A stretch of 64,000 nucleotides of DNA from an uncultured Gemmatimonadaceae bacterium (GTDB lineage: Bacteria; Gemmatimonadota; Gemmatimonadetes; Gemmatimonadales; Gemmatimonadaceae), in assembly GCA_963761305.1 (NCBI GenBank), contig CAVXGK010000002.1:1984001-2048000 (forward strand), read 5' to 3'. The notes under the pieces are model-generated. The model worked only from the letters and a program-made list of their open reading frames with translations, had not been told where the DNA came from and ran no database searches. A program made the position numbers and the translations under genes. This document shows positions 50,225-59,848 of this stretch, piece after piece (the first letter of the stretch is position 1; the number at the start of each line of letters is the position of its first letter).

Positions 50225-52720
50225 ATGCGCAATCTGAAGTTGGCTTTTCGGACGCTGTTCAAGACGCCCTTCGTCACGGTCGTCGCGGTGCTGTCGCTGG
50301 CGCTGGGCATCGGGGCGAACGCCGGGATCTACTCGCTGTTCAACGAGATTTTGCTTCGGCCGCTGCCCGTGTCCGACCCGACGCGGCTGGTGAACTTCAA
50401 GGCGCCCGGTCCACAGTACGGCAGCAACTCGTGCAACTCCGCCGGCGGTTGCGACGAAATCTTCAGCTATCCGATGTTCCGCGATCTGCAAAAGGCCAAC
50501 ACGGCCGTGAGCGGGATCGCCGGACATTTCCTGTTCGGCGTCAACGTCGCGATGGCGGGACAGACGCCGGTCAGCGGGCGGGGAGTCTACGTCTCCGGCA
50601 ATTACTTCTCCGTCCTCGGACTCCGGCCGGCGCTCGGCCGGCTGTTCTCAGCCCAGGACGATGCGACGATCGGCAGCAACTACGTCGCCGTGCTGAGCCA
50701 CTCCTACTGGGAGAATCAGCTCGGCTCCGACGCGAACGTCGTCGGCAAGCAGATCACGGTCAACGGCCAGCAGATGACAATCGCCGGCGTGGCGCCGAAG
50801 GGGTTCAACGGCACGACGCTCGGCGAGCGCCCCTACGTGTTCGTTCCGCTCACCATGCGCGGAGTGCTCACGCAGGGTTGGACCGGTTACGAGCGACGAG
50901 ACAGCTACTGGGTCTACCTCTTCGGGCGCCTCAAGCCCGGTGCGACGATCGATCAGGCCCAGAGCTCGATGAACACGGTCTATCACACACTGATCAACGA
51001 CGCCGACGCGCCGCGGCTCAAGGGCCTCACCACGAAGATGATGGACGAGTTCCGCGCGAAGAAGCTCGTGCTCGTCGACGGGCGCAAAGGACAGAGCAGC
51101 ACGATCAAGGAATCGCGGACGCCGGTCACGCTGCTGTTCTCGATCACCGGCATCGTCCTCCTCATCGCCTGCGCGAACATCGCCAATCTGCTGCTGGCGC
51201 GCGCCGCGAATCGGACCATGGAGATGGCGGTGCGCCTCTCGCTCGGCGCGACTCGCCGCCAACTCATCGCGCAGGTGCTCACCGAGTCGGTGCTGCTGGC
51301 GACGCTCGGCGGCATTCTCGGTCTCGTCGTCGCGCATTGGACGCTCGTCGGAATCACCGCCATGCTGCCGGCGCAGGAAGCGGCGTCTATCACCTTCTCG
51401 CTCGACGGCCAGGTCCTGCTGTTCACTGCGGTCGTGTCACTGGCCACTGGCCTCGTGTTCGGCATCGCGCCGGCGCTGCAGAGTACGCGCCCCGATCTCG
51501 TGACGGAGCTGCGCAACAACTCGGGCAAGCTGTCCGGCAGCCGGAGCGCCGCGCGCTTCCGCGCGACCCTGGTCACGGCGCAGATCGCGCTCTCGATGGC
51601 GCTCCTCATCGCCGCCGGGCTCTTCGTGAAGAGCCTGCGCAACGTGAGCCGCGTCGACCTCGGCGTGAACATCGACAACCTGGTCACGTTCGGCATCGCG
51701 CCCGGACGCAGCGGTTACGATTCGACGCGCGCGCTGGCGCTGTACGGCCGGCTCGAGCAAGTGCTCGGTGCGCTCCCCGGCGTGACGGCCGTGACGGCGT
51801 CCGCCATTCCGCTGCTCGCGGGCAACAATTGGGGCGAAGGCGTGGCCGTCGAGGGCTTCCACAAGGAGCCCGATACCGATGCCGGCTCGCGCTTCAACGC
51901 CGTCGGCCCGAACTACTTTCACGTGCTCGGCGTGCCGGTGCTCGCCGGGCGTGACTTCACGCCGTTCGACGAAGACGGCTCGATGAAGGTAGCGATCGTG
52001 AACGAAGCGTTCGCCAAGAAGTTCGGCCTCGGCCACAACGCGGTCGGCAAGAAGATGTCGATGGACAACGATTCGCTCGACCTGACGATCGTCGGGCTGG
52101 TGAAGGACTCGAAGTACTCCGAGGTGAAGGGCGAGATTCCGCCGGTGTTCGTGCGCCCATATCGCCAGTCAGGCCGCGTCAGCACGATCACGTTTTACCT
52201 GCGCGCGTCGGCGTCGCCGGTTCAGATCCTGCGCGCCATTCCCGCGGCAATGAAGCAGGTCGACCCGAACCTGCCGGTCGAGGATCTTCAGCTCATGCCG
52301 CAGCAGGCGGCGGACAACGTTTTCCTCGATCGAATGATCACCACTTTGTCCGCGTCGTTCGCCGTACTCGCCACGCTGCTCGCCGCGGTGGGACTCTACG
52401 GCGTGCTCGCGTACTCCGTCGCGCAGCGCACGCGCGAGATCGGCGTGCGAATGGCGCTCGGCGCGAACGGGGTCCGCGTGCGGAGCATGGTGCTGATGCA
52501 GGTCGGTCGCATGGCGCTCGTCGGCGGCGTGATCGGCATTCTCGGCGCGCTCGGCATCGGCAAGGCGGCGCAGTCTCTGCTCTACCAGCTCGACGGGCAC
52601 GATCCCGTCGTCATCGTGGTGTCGGCGGTGACGCTTGGACTCGTCGCGTTCGGCGCGGGCTTCATTCCCGCCCTGCGCGCCAGCCGCATCGACCCGATGC
52701 AGGCGCTGCGCTACGAGTAG
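50225..52720 (+). CDS. ADOP-type duplicated MacB/FtsX ABC permease
   Basis: LALGIGAN, LLIACANIANLLLARA, GLYGVLAYSVAQRTREIGVRMALGA, DPMQALRYE. Confidence 0.92.
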   Translation: MRNLKLAFRTLFKTPFVTVVAVLSLALGIGANAGIYSLFNEILLRPLPVSDPTRLVNFKAPGPQYGSNSCNSAGGCDEIFSYPMFRDLQKANTAVSGIAGHFLFGVNVAMAGQTPVSGRGVYVSGNYFSVLGLRPALGRLFSAQDDATIGSNYVAVLSHSYWENQLGSDANVVGKQITVNGQQMTIAGVAPKGFNGTTLGERPYVFVPLTMRGVLTQGWTGYERRDSYWVYLFGRLKPGATIDQAQSSMNTVYHTLINDADAPRLKGLTTKMMDEFRAKKLVLVDGRKGQSSTIKESRTPVTLLFSITGIVLLIACANIANLLLARAANRTMEMAVRLSLGATRRQLIAQVLTESVLLATLGGILGLVVAHWTLVGITAMLPAQEAASITFSLDGQVLLFTAVVSLATGLVFGIAPALQSTRPDLVTELRNNSGKLSGSRSAARFRATLVTAQIALSMALLIAAGLFVKSLRNVSRVDLGVNIDNLVTFGIAPGRSGYDSTRALALYGRLEQVLGALPGVTAVTASAIPLLAGNNWGEGVAVEGFHKEPDTDAGSRFNAVGPNYFHVLGVPVLAGRDFTPFDEDGSMKVAIVNEAFAKKFGLGHNAVGKKMSMDNDSLDLTIVGLVKDSKYSEVKGEIPPVFVRPYRQSGRVSTITFYLRASASPVQILRAIPAAMKQVDPNLPVEDLQLMPQQAADNVFLDRMITTLSASFAVLATLLAAVGLYGVLAYSVAQRTREIGVRMALGANGVRVRSMVLMQVGRMALVGGVIGILGALGIGKAAQSLLYQLDGHDPVVIVVSAVTLGLVAFGAGFIPALRASRIDPMQALRYE

Positions 52721-52726
52721 CCGCGC

Positions 52727-53236
52727 CTAGATAAGACGCAGCCGGTAGCCGACGACGCGCTCGGTGCCGGGCGGCTGAAAATCGTTTTCGGGGGCGCGCT
52801 CGAACCCCATGCCCTCGTACATACGAATCGCCGCCTGCATGCTGCGCGACGTGTGCAGCCCGATCTCGGTCGCGCCCGACGCACGCGCGCGCCGAAGGCA
52901 CTCGTCCATCAGCGCGCGGGCGATGCCGCGGCCGCGCGCCGGTGGATCGACAGCGACGAGCCTGACCTCGGGCGCCGTGACGCGAACGCCGAGCCCCTTG
53001 TACGCGTCGTCCGACGGCGGAAAGAGCAGCGCGCTGCCGACGATCGTCTCGCCGTCGACCGCGACGATGCGCTGCATGTCCTGACCACTCGCCAGTCCGG
53101 CGTCGATCGCGTCGCTCAGCGCAGCCCACGACGTCGCGTCCATGATCGTCGCGTACTGGGCGTACGCGCGACGCGTCAGCTCGCGGATTGCTGTGAGCTC
53201 ATCCGCCCGTGCGTCGCGGATCGTGAGTGTTGCCAA
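52727..53236 (-). CDS. GNAT N-acetyltransferase
   Basis: VAVDPPARGRGIARALM acetyl-CoA motif, AIRMYEGMGF; TTG start overlapping upstream gene. Confidence 0.9.
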   Translation of the reverse strand: MATLTIRDARADELTAIRELTRRAYAQYATIMDATSWAALSDAIDAGLASGQDMQRIVAVDGETIVGSALLFPPSDDAYKGLGVRVTAPEVRLVAVDPPARGRGIARALMDECLRRARASGATEIGLHTSRSMQAAIRMYEGMGFERAPENDFQPPGTERVVGYRLRLI

Positions 53237-55025
53237 TCGTGTCGGGGCGGATGGAGTCCGGGCGAGCGGAGGCCGGGGGCGGCCTAATAGTATCGCGCCG
53301 AACACTGTCGCGCCGTATGCTGTCGCGCCGCGCCATCTCGCGTCGAACGCTGTCCTGCCGAAGGGCGTCGTTCCGCAGACTATCGATGCGCGCGCTGTCG
53401 GAGCGCACGAGCGCCTGGCGGATGCTGTCGCGCCGGACGCTGTCGCGTTGCGCCTCGGCGCGGATCGCGTTGCGAACGCTGTCGCCACGATAGGCGTTCT
53501 CGTCGAGACTGTCGCGACGGGAGTTGACGTGATCCAGGCTGTCACGCTCGGCGATGTCGCGCGTGCGGCGTGCGGCGGCGAGCCGTTGCTGCGTGAGACT
53601 GTCGCGGAGCACGCTGTCCCGCAGCGCGTTGTCTCTGAGAGTGCTGTCTTGCGATCTTGCCAGGGAGTCGGCGACGATGCCGCTCGCCGCGCGCGCCGGG
53701 TTCGTCAACATGCTGTCGTTGCGCCGCACGTACACGCTCGAATCGACGACACCCGCCGCCGGCACCGTCGGCATTTGTTGCGCGACGATCGGCGCATTCG
53801 CCCGATGAACGCGTCCGGCGAGTCCGACCGCCAGCGCGATCAGCAAGACCATCGCCGCGACCGTGCCGAGCGCGATGACCGACTCACGCGTGCCCGGCGT
53901 ACGCAAGAGACGTTCGGGCGAGGCCGCCGCGCCTGGGCGCGCCGGGTCGCCCGTGAAGTGCGACGCGAATTCCTCGTCCAACGCCGCGAACTCGACCTCC
54001 GCCTGTTTGAGCACGTCGCCCACCGCCACGATCCCGATGAACGCCGACGCGTCGGGCGTGCGGTCGCCGGGTTTCGCGCGAAGCACTCGGTCGATCGCGT
54101 CGACGACCCGCGTCGCCAGATTCGGGCACAGCTCGGAGAGCGGCGGACGACTGTCGTCGTTCACGAAACGCTTGCCGGTGAACAGCGACCAGGCGAGCGC
54201 TCCAAGCGTGCGCGTGTCGGCGACTTCGCCGGGTAGTCCGGCGAGCGGAATCGTCGTGAGTCCGAGCGACACGAGCATCCGATTCGTGTCATGTTCGACC
54301 ACGATCGAATCCGGCGTCACACCGCGATGGACGATGTTGCCCGCGCGCGCCCAATCCAGCACGGCTTTGACGTCGTTGAGGATCGTCGCGACCTCGGCGG
54401 TTCCGGGACGATCGCCGCGGTCGAGGCGTTCCTGCAGCGTGTCGCCTTTGACTCGCTCCGAGACGAACGCGTACGTGTTCTTGTCGATCCAACTGCCCTC
54501 GAGCACGATCGGGACGCGCGGGTGCCGCATCGTGTTGCGCAATTGCACATCGGAGGCGAGGTGCGCCAAGTCGTTCGTGCCGTCGGCCGACGATTTGTAG
54601 ACGTCGATCACGACCTCGCCGTGGTCGTCGTTGCGCATAGCGACGTAGCGCCGCATGCCGCTCCCGCCGCGCAGCTCGCCGATCACGCGAAACTGTTCGG
54701 CCAGGGCGCCGATGGTCGGCGCATCGGCCGGCTTCTCGGCGCGCTTGTCCGAGTTCTTCTTGGCGCGCCTCGGCGCCGATTTCTCGGCGGGCTGCTTCGC
54801 CGATTGTTCGGCCGATTGTTCGGCGGTTTGTTCTGCCGATTTCGCTTCAGGTTGCTTCGCCGACTGCCCGGCGGTTTGCTCTGCCGGCTGCTCGTCGGGT
54901 TGCTCTGCCGATTGCCCGTCGGGTTGGTCGCCCGATTGTTCAGCGCGCTCGTCTGCCGGTCGCTCGGCGTCCTTGCCCGCTGAGCCTTTGGGTTTGTCGT
55001 CGGGCGAATCGGCGCTTGGACTCAC
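53199..55025 (-). CDS. Membrane-anchored Ser/Thr pseudokinase with AEQ(S/P) N-terminal repeats and RRDS(I/V) C-terminal tail
   Basis: QFRVIGEL, EVVIDV, MRHPRV, NIVHRGVTPDSI; one TM; repeat tail. Confidence 0.78.
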   Translation of the reverse strand: MSPSADSPDDKPKGSAGKDAERPADERAEQSGDQPDGQSAEQPDEQPAEQTAGQSAKQPEAKSAEQTAEQSAEQSAKQPAEKSAPRRAKKNSDKRAEKPADAPTIGALAEQFRVIGELRGGSGMRRYVAMRNDDHGEVVIDVYKSSADGTNDLAHLASDVQLRNTMRHPRVPIVLEGSWIDKNTYAFVSERVKGDTLQERLDRGDRPGTAEVATILNDVKAVLDWARAGNIVHRGVTPDSIVVEHDTNRMLVSLGLTTIPLAGLPGEVADTRTLGALAWSLFTGKRFVNDDSRPPLSELCPNLATRVVDAIDRVLRAKPGDRTPDASAFIGIVAVGDVLKQAEVEFAALDEEFASHFTGDPARPGAAASPERLLRTPGTRESVIALGTVAAMVLLIALAVGLAGRVHRANAPIVAQQMPTVPAAGVVDSSVYVRRNDSMLTNPARAASGIVADSLARSQDSTLRDNALRDSVLRDSLTQQRLAAARRTRDIAERDSLDHVNSRRDSLDENAYRGDSVRNAIRAEAQRDSVRRDSIRQALVRSDSARIDSLRNDALRQDSVRREMARRDSIRRDSVRRDTIRPPPASARPDSIRPDTIGNTHDPRRTGG

Positions 55026-55192
55026 AGTGGCGGCCTCGTCCTATCGTTTCCTGAGATGTGGAAGCGGCTCCCGCGATTCTCGCGACACGTTGGCAGCCCC
55101 GAGCTGAACTTTGCGCTTTTCGTGCCGTCCCGATCGATTCGCGGGGCCGCCACGCCCCAGAAGATCACGAACCATTCCGCAGCGCCGACGCG

Positions 55193-56452
55193 CTACGGCG
55201 CGGCGAGATCGAGCGACGATTCCTCGGCGGACTGCGGATGAGTCATCGCGGTGACGCCCGCGGCCACCAACCCACAGACGAGCACTCCCGTCCACGTCGC
55301 CACGCTGCCGAACCGATCGAGCGCGGCCGTGCCGGCCCAGGGCCCGATGATCACCGACAGGCTGAACGTGCTCGAGTACGCACCCATGTACTCGCCCATG
55401 CGTCCGCGCGGCGCGAGATCGGCCATGTACGCCGTGCCGACGGGGAACGTGATCATCTCGCCGAACGTCCAGATCGCTACCGTCACGACGAGCGGCCCCA
55501 CGGTCTTGGCAACGCCCATCGCGCCGAAACCGACGGCCGTCAACACCATGCCAAGCACGAGCGCGCGACGATGCGGCCAGCGCGCCATCGCCAGGTTGAG
55601 CGGCACCTCGAGCGCGACGATCATCAGCGTGTTCACCGTGAACAGCGCGCCGAAAAACGACTCGCGATAGTGCAAGTCGCGCACGAGGTACACCGCCATC
55701 GCGCCCTGCGTCTGCATGAACACGAGACTCACGAGCACCATCGCGACGAGAAACGTGAGCGCGCTCTTGTCACGCCAGACGCCGGCGGCCCGCGACGAGC
55801 CACCGTCGCTCGGCACGACCGGCAGCTCGCCCGTCTTCGGGCGCGAGGCGCGCTCGACCAAGCGAATGTCTTCGGGTCTCAGGAGGAGCGAGAGCACTCC
55901 GGCCGCGGCAAGCGACGTCAATCCGTCCACGACAAACAGCATCGGAAACGACACGAGGGCGAGAAACCCGCCGACCGCCGGCCCGACGCTCATGCCCAGG
56001 TTCACGCCGAGTCGATTGAGGGCGATCGCCGCCTTGCGTTGCTCGGGGGCGGCGGCACTCGTGAGCGCCGTTATCGTCGCCGGCCGCGTCGCGTCGGCGA
56101 CCAACGCCCACACGAACACCAGCAGCACGACGACGCTGAACTGGTGCGCGAACGGAATCAGCACCAGAATCACGCCGGTGAGCGCGAGCGACGCGCGCAT
56201 GACGGTGAACGGTCCCACGCGGTCGCACAGGCGTCCGGCGATCGGCCCCGTGACGATGCCGCCGAGTCCGTACGCGCTCACGGCGAGCCCGGCGAGCGCG
56301 GGCGAGGTGCCCAAGTGCCTCGTCAGGTACAGCACGAGGAACGGCAGCGCCATCATCCCCGCGCGATTGACGAGCGATGTGGCGAAGATGATCCACACCG
56401 TGCGCGGCAGGCCGCGAAGGCCGGCCCACGGATTCTTGACGGGTGCGCGCAA
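55193..56452 (-). CDS. MFS transporter; start uncertain
   Basis: GRLCDRVG motif A, about 12 TM, NLGMSVGP, WTFGEM. Confidence 0.9.
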   Translation of the reverse strand: MRAPVKNPWAGLRGLPRTVWIIFATSLVNRAGMMALPFLVLYLTRHLGTSPALAGLAVSAYGLGGIVTGPIAGRLCDRVGPFTVMRASLALTGVILVLIPFAHQFSVVVLLVFVWALVADATRPATITALTSAAAPEQRKAAIALNRLGVNLGMSVGPAVGGFLALVSFPMLFVVDGLTSLAAAGVLSLLLRPEDIRLVERASRPKTGELPVVPSDGGSSRAAGVWRDKSALTFLVAMVLVSLVFMQTQGAMAVYLVRDLHYRESFFGALFTVNTLMIVALEVPLNLAMARWPHRRALVLGMVLTAVGFGAMGVAKTVGPLVVTVAIWTFGEMITFPVGTAYMADLAPRGRMGEYMGAYSSTFSLSVIIGPWAGTAALDRFGSVATWTGVLVCGLVAAGVTAMTHPQSAEESSLDLAAP

Positions 56453-56605
56453 TGTGATGGGCAAGTGACAATGTACCCAGGCGCGGCTCGGCGGAGCAAT
56501 TCCAGCGATTCCTGAGCAATTCCGAAAGACGCGTCTCGACGACAAGTTTCCATGCGTCACGACGACGTCGCGGCTCTTCACTCCTCTTCAACCGAAATCG
56601 AATCG

Positions 56606-57157
56606 ATGACCGACTACGGCGCAGCAGAGTTGGCCAATGGCTTCCGAACCGTCCGCCGCAACACCATTCAGGTCGCGAACGACATTCCCGAGAGCAGCTA
56701 CGATTTCGTGCCGGCACCCGGCGCGCGATCGGCCAGCGAGCTGCTCCGTCACATCGCGTTCGCGTCGACATTCTACGAGGACATTCATCGCGTTCGCGCC
56801 ATCACCACGCTCCAGGGCTACGACTTCGGCGCCATCTCGCAGGCGGCCGTGTCGAAGGAACGACAGCCACGCGACAAGGCGGCCACCATCGCAGTGCTCG
56901 AGTCCCAGGGCGAGCGCATCGCCACGTGGCTCGAGTCGCTCTCCGATGATTTTCTCAACGAGACGTTCACCGATCCGATGGGCCAGAATCCCAAGACGCG
57001 TCTCGAGAACCTGATGTCGATCAAGGAGCACGAGATGCACCATCGCGGGCAGCTCATGCTCATTCAGCGAATGGTCGGCGTCGTACCGCACCTCACGAAA
57101 CAGCGCGAAGAACGGCAGCGGGCCCGGGACCGCGCGACGGCCGGCGCCGGCGCGTAG
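56606..57157 (+). CDS. DinB/YfiT-family metalloprotein
   Basis: ELLRHI and HEMHHRGQL His triad. Confidence 0.9.
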   Translation: MTDYGAAELANGFRTVRRNTIQVANDIPESSYDFVPAPGARSASELLRHIAFASTFYEDIHRVRAITTLQGYDFGAISQAAVSKERQPRDKAATIAVLESQGERIATWLESLSDDFLNETFTDPMGQNPKTRLENLMSIKEHEMHHRGQLMLIQRMVGVVPHLTKQREERQRARDRATAGAGA

Positions 57158-57179
57158 GTCGAGTCGTCGTACAGCGGGC

Positions 57180-57218
57180 GGTCGGGCGGACGCGCGGCGA
57201 AACTTGCGTTCGCCCGAC
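57180..57218 (+). terminator. Hairpin after the DinB gene, possible terminator
   Basis: gtcgggcggacgc/gcgttcgcccgac stem; no clear U-tract. Confidence 0.4.
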
Positions 57219-57254
57219 CCGTAGGGCGAGCAGCCTTTCTCCCGGAGTGGCGCC

Positions 57255-59729
57255 GTGAGTCCGTGGTCCGCGATGTCGTACGCGTTTCGCTCGCTGCGCC
57301 GTGCGCCGGGCTTCAGCCTGGCAGTCGTCGCGACGTTGACCATCGGGCTCGGTTCGGCCGCCGCGATCTTCGCCGTTGTCGACGCCGTGCTTCTGCGGCC
57401 GCTTCCCTACGGTCACGCGGAGCAACTCGTCGCGGCGTGGCACGATCTGCCGGGCGTCGGAATGGTGAAGGCCAATCAGACGGTCGGCACGTTCTACACG
57501 TACAAGCGACTCGCCCACACGATCTCCGGCATCGCGGCGTACAACGACGGCTCGGTGAACGTGACCGACCCGGACGGGCGCGCGCAGCCAGAACGGCTGA
57601 GCGTCGCGTACGTGACGGCGAATCTCTTTCCGGTGCTCGAGGTCACGCCGATGCTCGGGCGCGCGTTCACGGATTCGGAGGACGTGAAGGACGGACCGCT
57701 CGTCGCGATGATCAGCGAAGGACTCTGGCGCACGCGATTCGGCGCCGACCCGCACATCCTCGGCAAGAAGCTGTCGCTGGCGGAGCATCCGACGGAGATC
57801 GTCGGTGTGATGCCGGCGAGCTTCGCTTTTCCGAACGCGACCACGAAGATCTGGATCCCGCGTCGGCTCGATCCGAACGATCCGTTTCCGGGTGGGTTCA
57901 ATCGCGACGCCATCGCGCGACTCAAGCCCGGCGTCAGCGTGGCGGACGCCGAACGCGACTTCGCGTCCGTTCTTCCGCGCATGGTCGAGATGTTCACCAA
58001 CGTCGCGCCGGGCGTGACGACGCAACTGCTCGTCGACCAGGCGAAGCCGCGCCCGCGTCTCTATCCGCTGCGCGACGACGTCATCGGCGACGCATCGAAG
58101 GCGCTGTGGATGGTGGCCGCCGCGGCGCTGCTCGTGCTGCTCGTGACGTGCGCCAACGTCGCCAACCTGTTGCTCGTTCGCGCCGACGGCCGGCACCGCG
58201 AGCTCTCGGTGCGGGCCGCGCTCGGCGCCGGACGGGGGCGCGTCGTCGCGCACTTTCTGACCGAAGCCGGCGTCCTCGCCGGAATCTCGGCCGCGCTCGG
58301 ACTCGTCGCCGCGACGTTCGCCCTGCGGATGCTCGTCGCCGCCGGGGCGGCGCAGCTGCCGAGACTTTCGGAAGTTGGCATGGATTGGCGAACGGTCGTG
58401 TTCACCGTCGTCGTGACGCTGCTCGTCGCCGTGGCGTGCAGCGCGATTCCGGCGTTCCGTTTTCTCCGCGCCGACACGCTCGCGGGTCTTCGCGAAGGCG
58501 GACGCGCCGGCACGGCGGGCACGTCGCGTCAGCGGGCCCGAGGCGTGCTGGTCGCGGCTCAGATGGCGTTCGCGCTCGTCGCGCTCGTCGCGTCCGGGCT
58601 TCTCCTGCGGAGCTTCGAGCGATTGCACGCCGTGCGTCCCGGGTTCAACCCTGACGGTGTCGCGACGGTATGGGTCGCGCTCCCGCAGGTCCGCTACAAG
58701 AGCGACACGTCCGTCGTGCGTTTCTTCGCGAACCTCGCGGACCGCGCGAAACAGCTGCCGGGCGTCACCGCGTTCGGCGTGACGTCGCGCGTGCCGCTTC
58801 AGCCCGGGGGCACGGACTCCGATCCGATGCTCATCGAAGGCAAGTGGGATCCGTCGAAGAAGATCGGACAGCTGCAGCTCTACAGCAGCGCCGACGCGGG
58901 CTACTTCAAGGCGATGGGGATCTCGCTCGTCGCCGGTCGCATGTTCGACCGCATGGACGTGCAGCGGGGCGACGAAACGCTCATCAGCACGGAGACCGCG
59001 AGACAGATGCTCGGCGATTCCACCGGCGCGTCGGCGATCGGCAAGCGGTTTCAGATTCTCCCCAGCGGCCCGTGGCACACGATCATCGGCGTCGTGCGAT
59101 CGGCGCGCGATACGTCGCTGTTCGCGCAGCCGACGCCCGCCATCTACCTGCCTGAGTCGCTCTCGCCGGATTCGCTCTACGGTCCGGCACGCACGTTGGC
59201 GTTGGTCGCACGCACGGCGGGCGACGTCGTCGCCACGACCCGTTCGTTGCAGCAGATCGTGCACGAGATGGATCCCGCGCTGCCGACGTTCGACGCGAAG
59301 TCGATGCCGGCCACGGTGAGCGAGTCGCTCGCGCGGCTGTCGTTCACGATGATCATGCTCGGCGTGGCGGCGGCGGTGACGCTCGCTCTCGGCGTGGTCG
59401 GACTCTACGGCGTCATCGCGTACATCGTGACGCTTCGGACGCGCGAGCTCGGCTTGCGCATCGCGCTCGGCGCTCAGCCGAGCTCGGTCGCGGTGATGGT
59501 CGCTCGACAGGGCCTGGTGCTGAGCGGCGCGGGCATCATCGTGGGCATTGCGTTGCTCTCGATCGTCGGCCGGTTCGTGCGCTCGTTCCTCTTCGAGGTC
59601 GCGCCGATGGATCCAATCACGATCGCCGGCGCGACGGCGCTCCTCGCCGCGTTCGCGCTGCTCGCGAGTTGGATTCCCGCACGCCGAGCGTCGATGGTGG
59701 ATCCGACGGAAGCGCTGCGATCGGACTGA
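57255..59729 (+). CDS. ADOP-type duplicated MacB/FtsX ABC permease
   Basis: TCANVANLLLVRA, GLYGVIAY..RTRELGLRIALGA, DPTEALRSD. Confidence 0.92.
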   Translation: MSPWSAMSYAFRSLRRAPGFSLAVVATLTIGLGSAAAIFAVVDAVLLRPLPYGHAEQLVAAWHDLPGVGMVKANQTVGTFYTYKRLAHTISGIAAYNDGSVNVTDPDGRAQPERLSVAYVTANLFPVLEVTPMLGRAFTDSEDVKDGPLVAMISEGLWRTRFGADPHILGKKLSLAEHPTEIVGVMPASFAFPNATTKIWIPRRLDPNDPFPGGFNRDAIARLKPGVSVADAERDFASVLPRMVEMFTNVAPGVTTQLLVDQAKPRPRLYPLRDDVIGDASKALWMVAAAALLVLLVTCANVANLLLVRADGRHRELSVRAALGAGRGRVVAHFLTEAGVLAGISAALGLVAATFALRMLVAAGAAQLPRLSEVGMDWRTVVFTVVVTLLVAVACSAIPAFRFLRADTLAGLREGGRAGTAGTSRQRARGVLVAAQMAFALVALVASGLLLRSFERLHAVRPGFNPDGVATVWVALPQVRYKSDTSVVRFFANLADRAKQLPGVTAFGVTSRVPLQPGGTDSDPMLIEGKWDPSKKIGQLQLYSSADAGYFKAMGISLVAGRMFDRMDVQRGDETLISTETARQMLGDSTGASAIGKRFQILPSGPWHTIIGVVRSARDTSLFAQPTPAIYLPESLSPDSLYGPARTLALVARTAGDVVATTRSLQQIVHEMDPALPTFDAKSMPATVSESLARLSFTMIMLGVAAAVTLALGVVGLYGVIAYIVTLRTRELGLRIALGAQPSSVAVMVARQGLVLSGAGIIVGIALLSIVGRFVRSFLFEVAPMDPITIAGATALLAAFALLASWIPARRASMVDPTEALRSD

Positions 59730-59848
59730 GGTCGTCGACGACTCCGCCGAGGGCCACGCGAGCCGTTGATCGGGAGCGCGGGGTTGGACTCACCCCGCGC
59801 AGGGGCTGATATTCCGGGACAAGCTCCTTCGTCCCGCTCCCCACCCGC

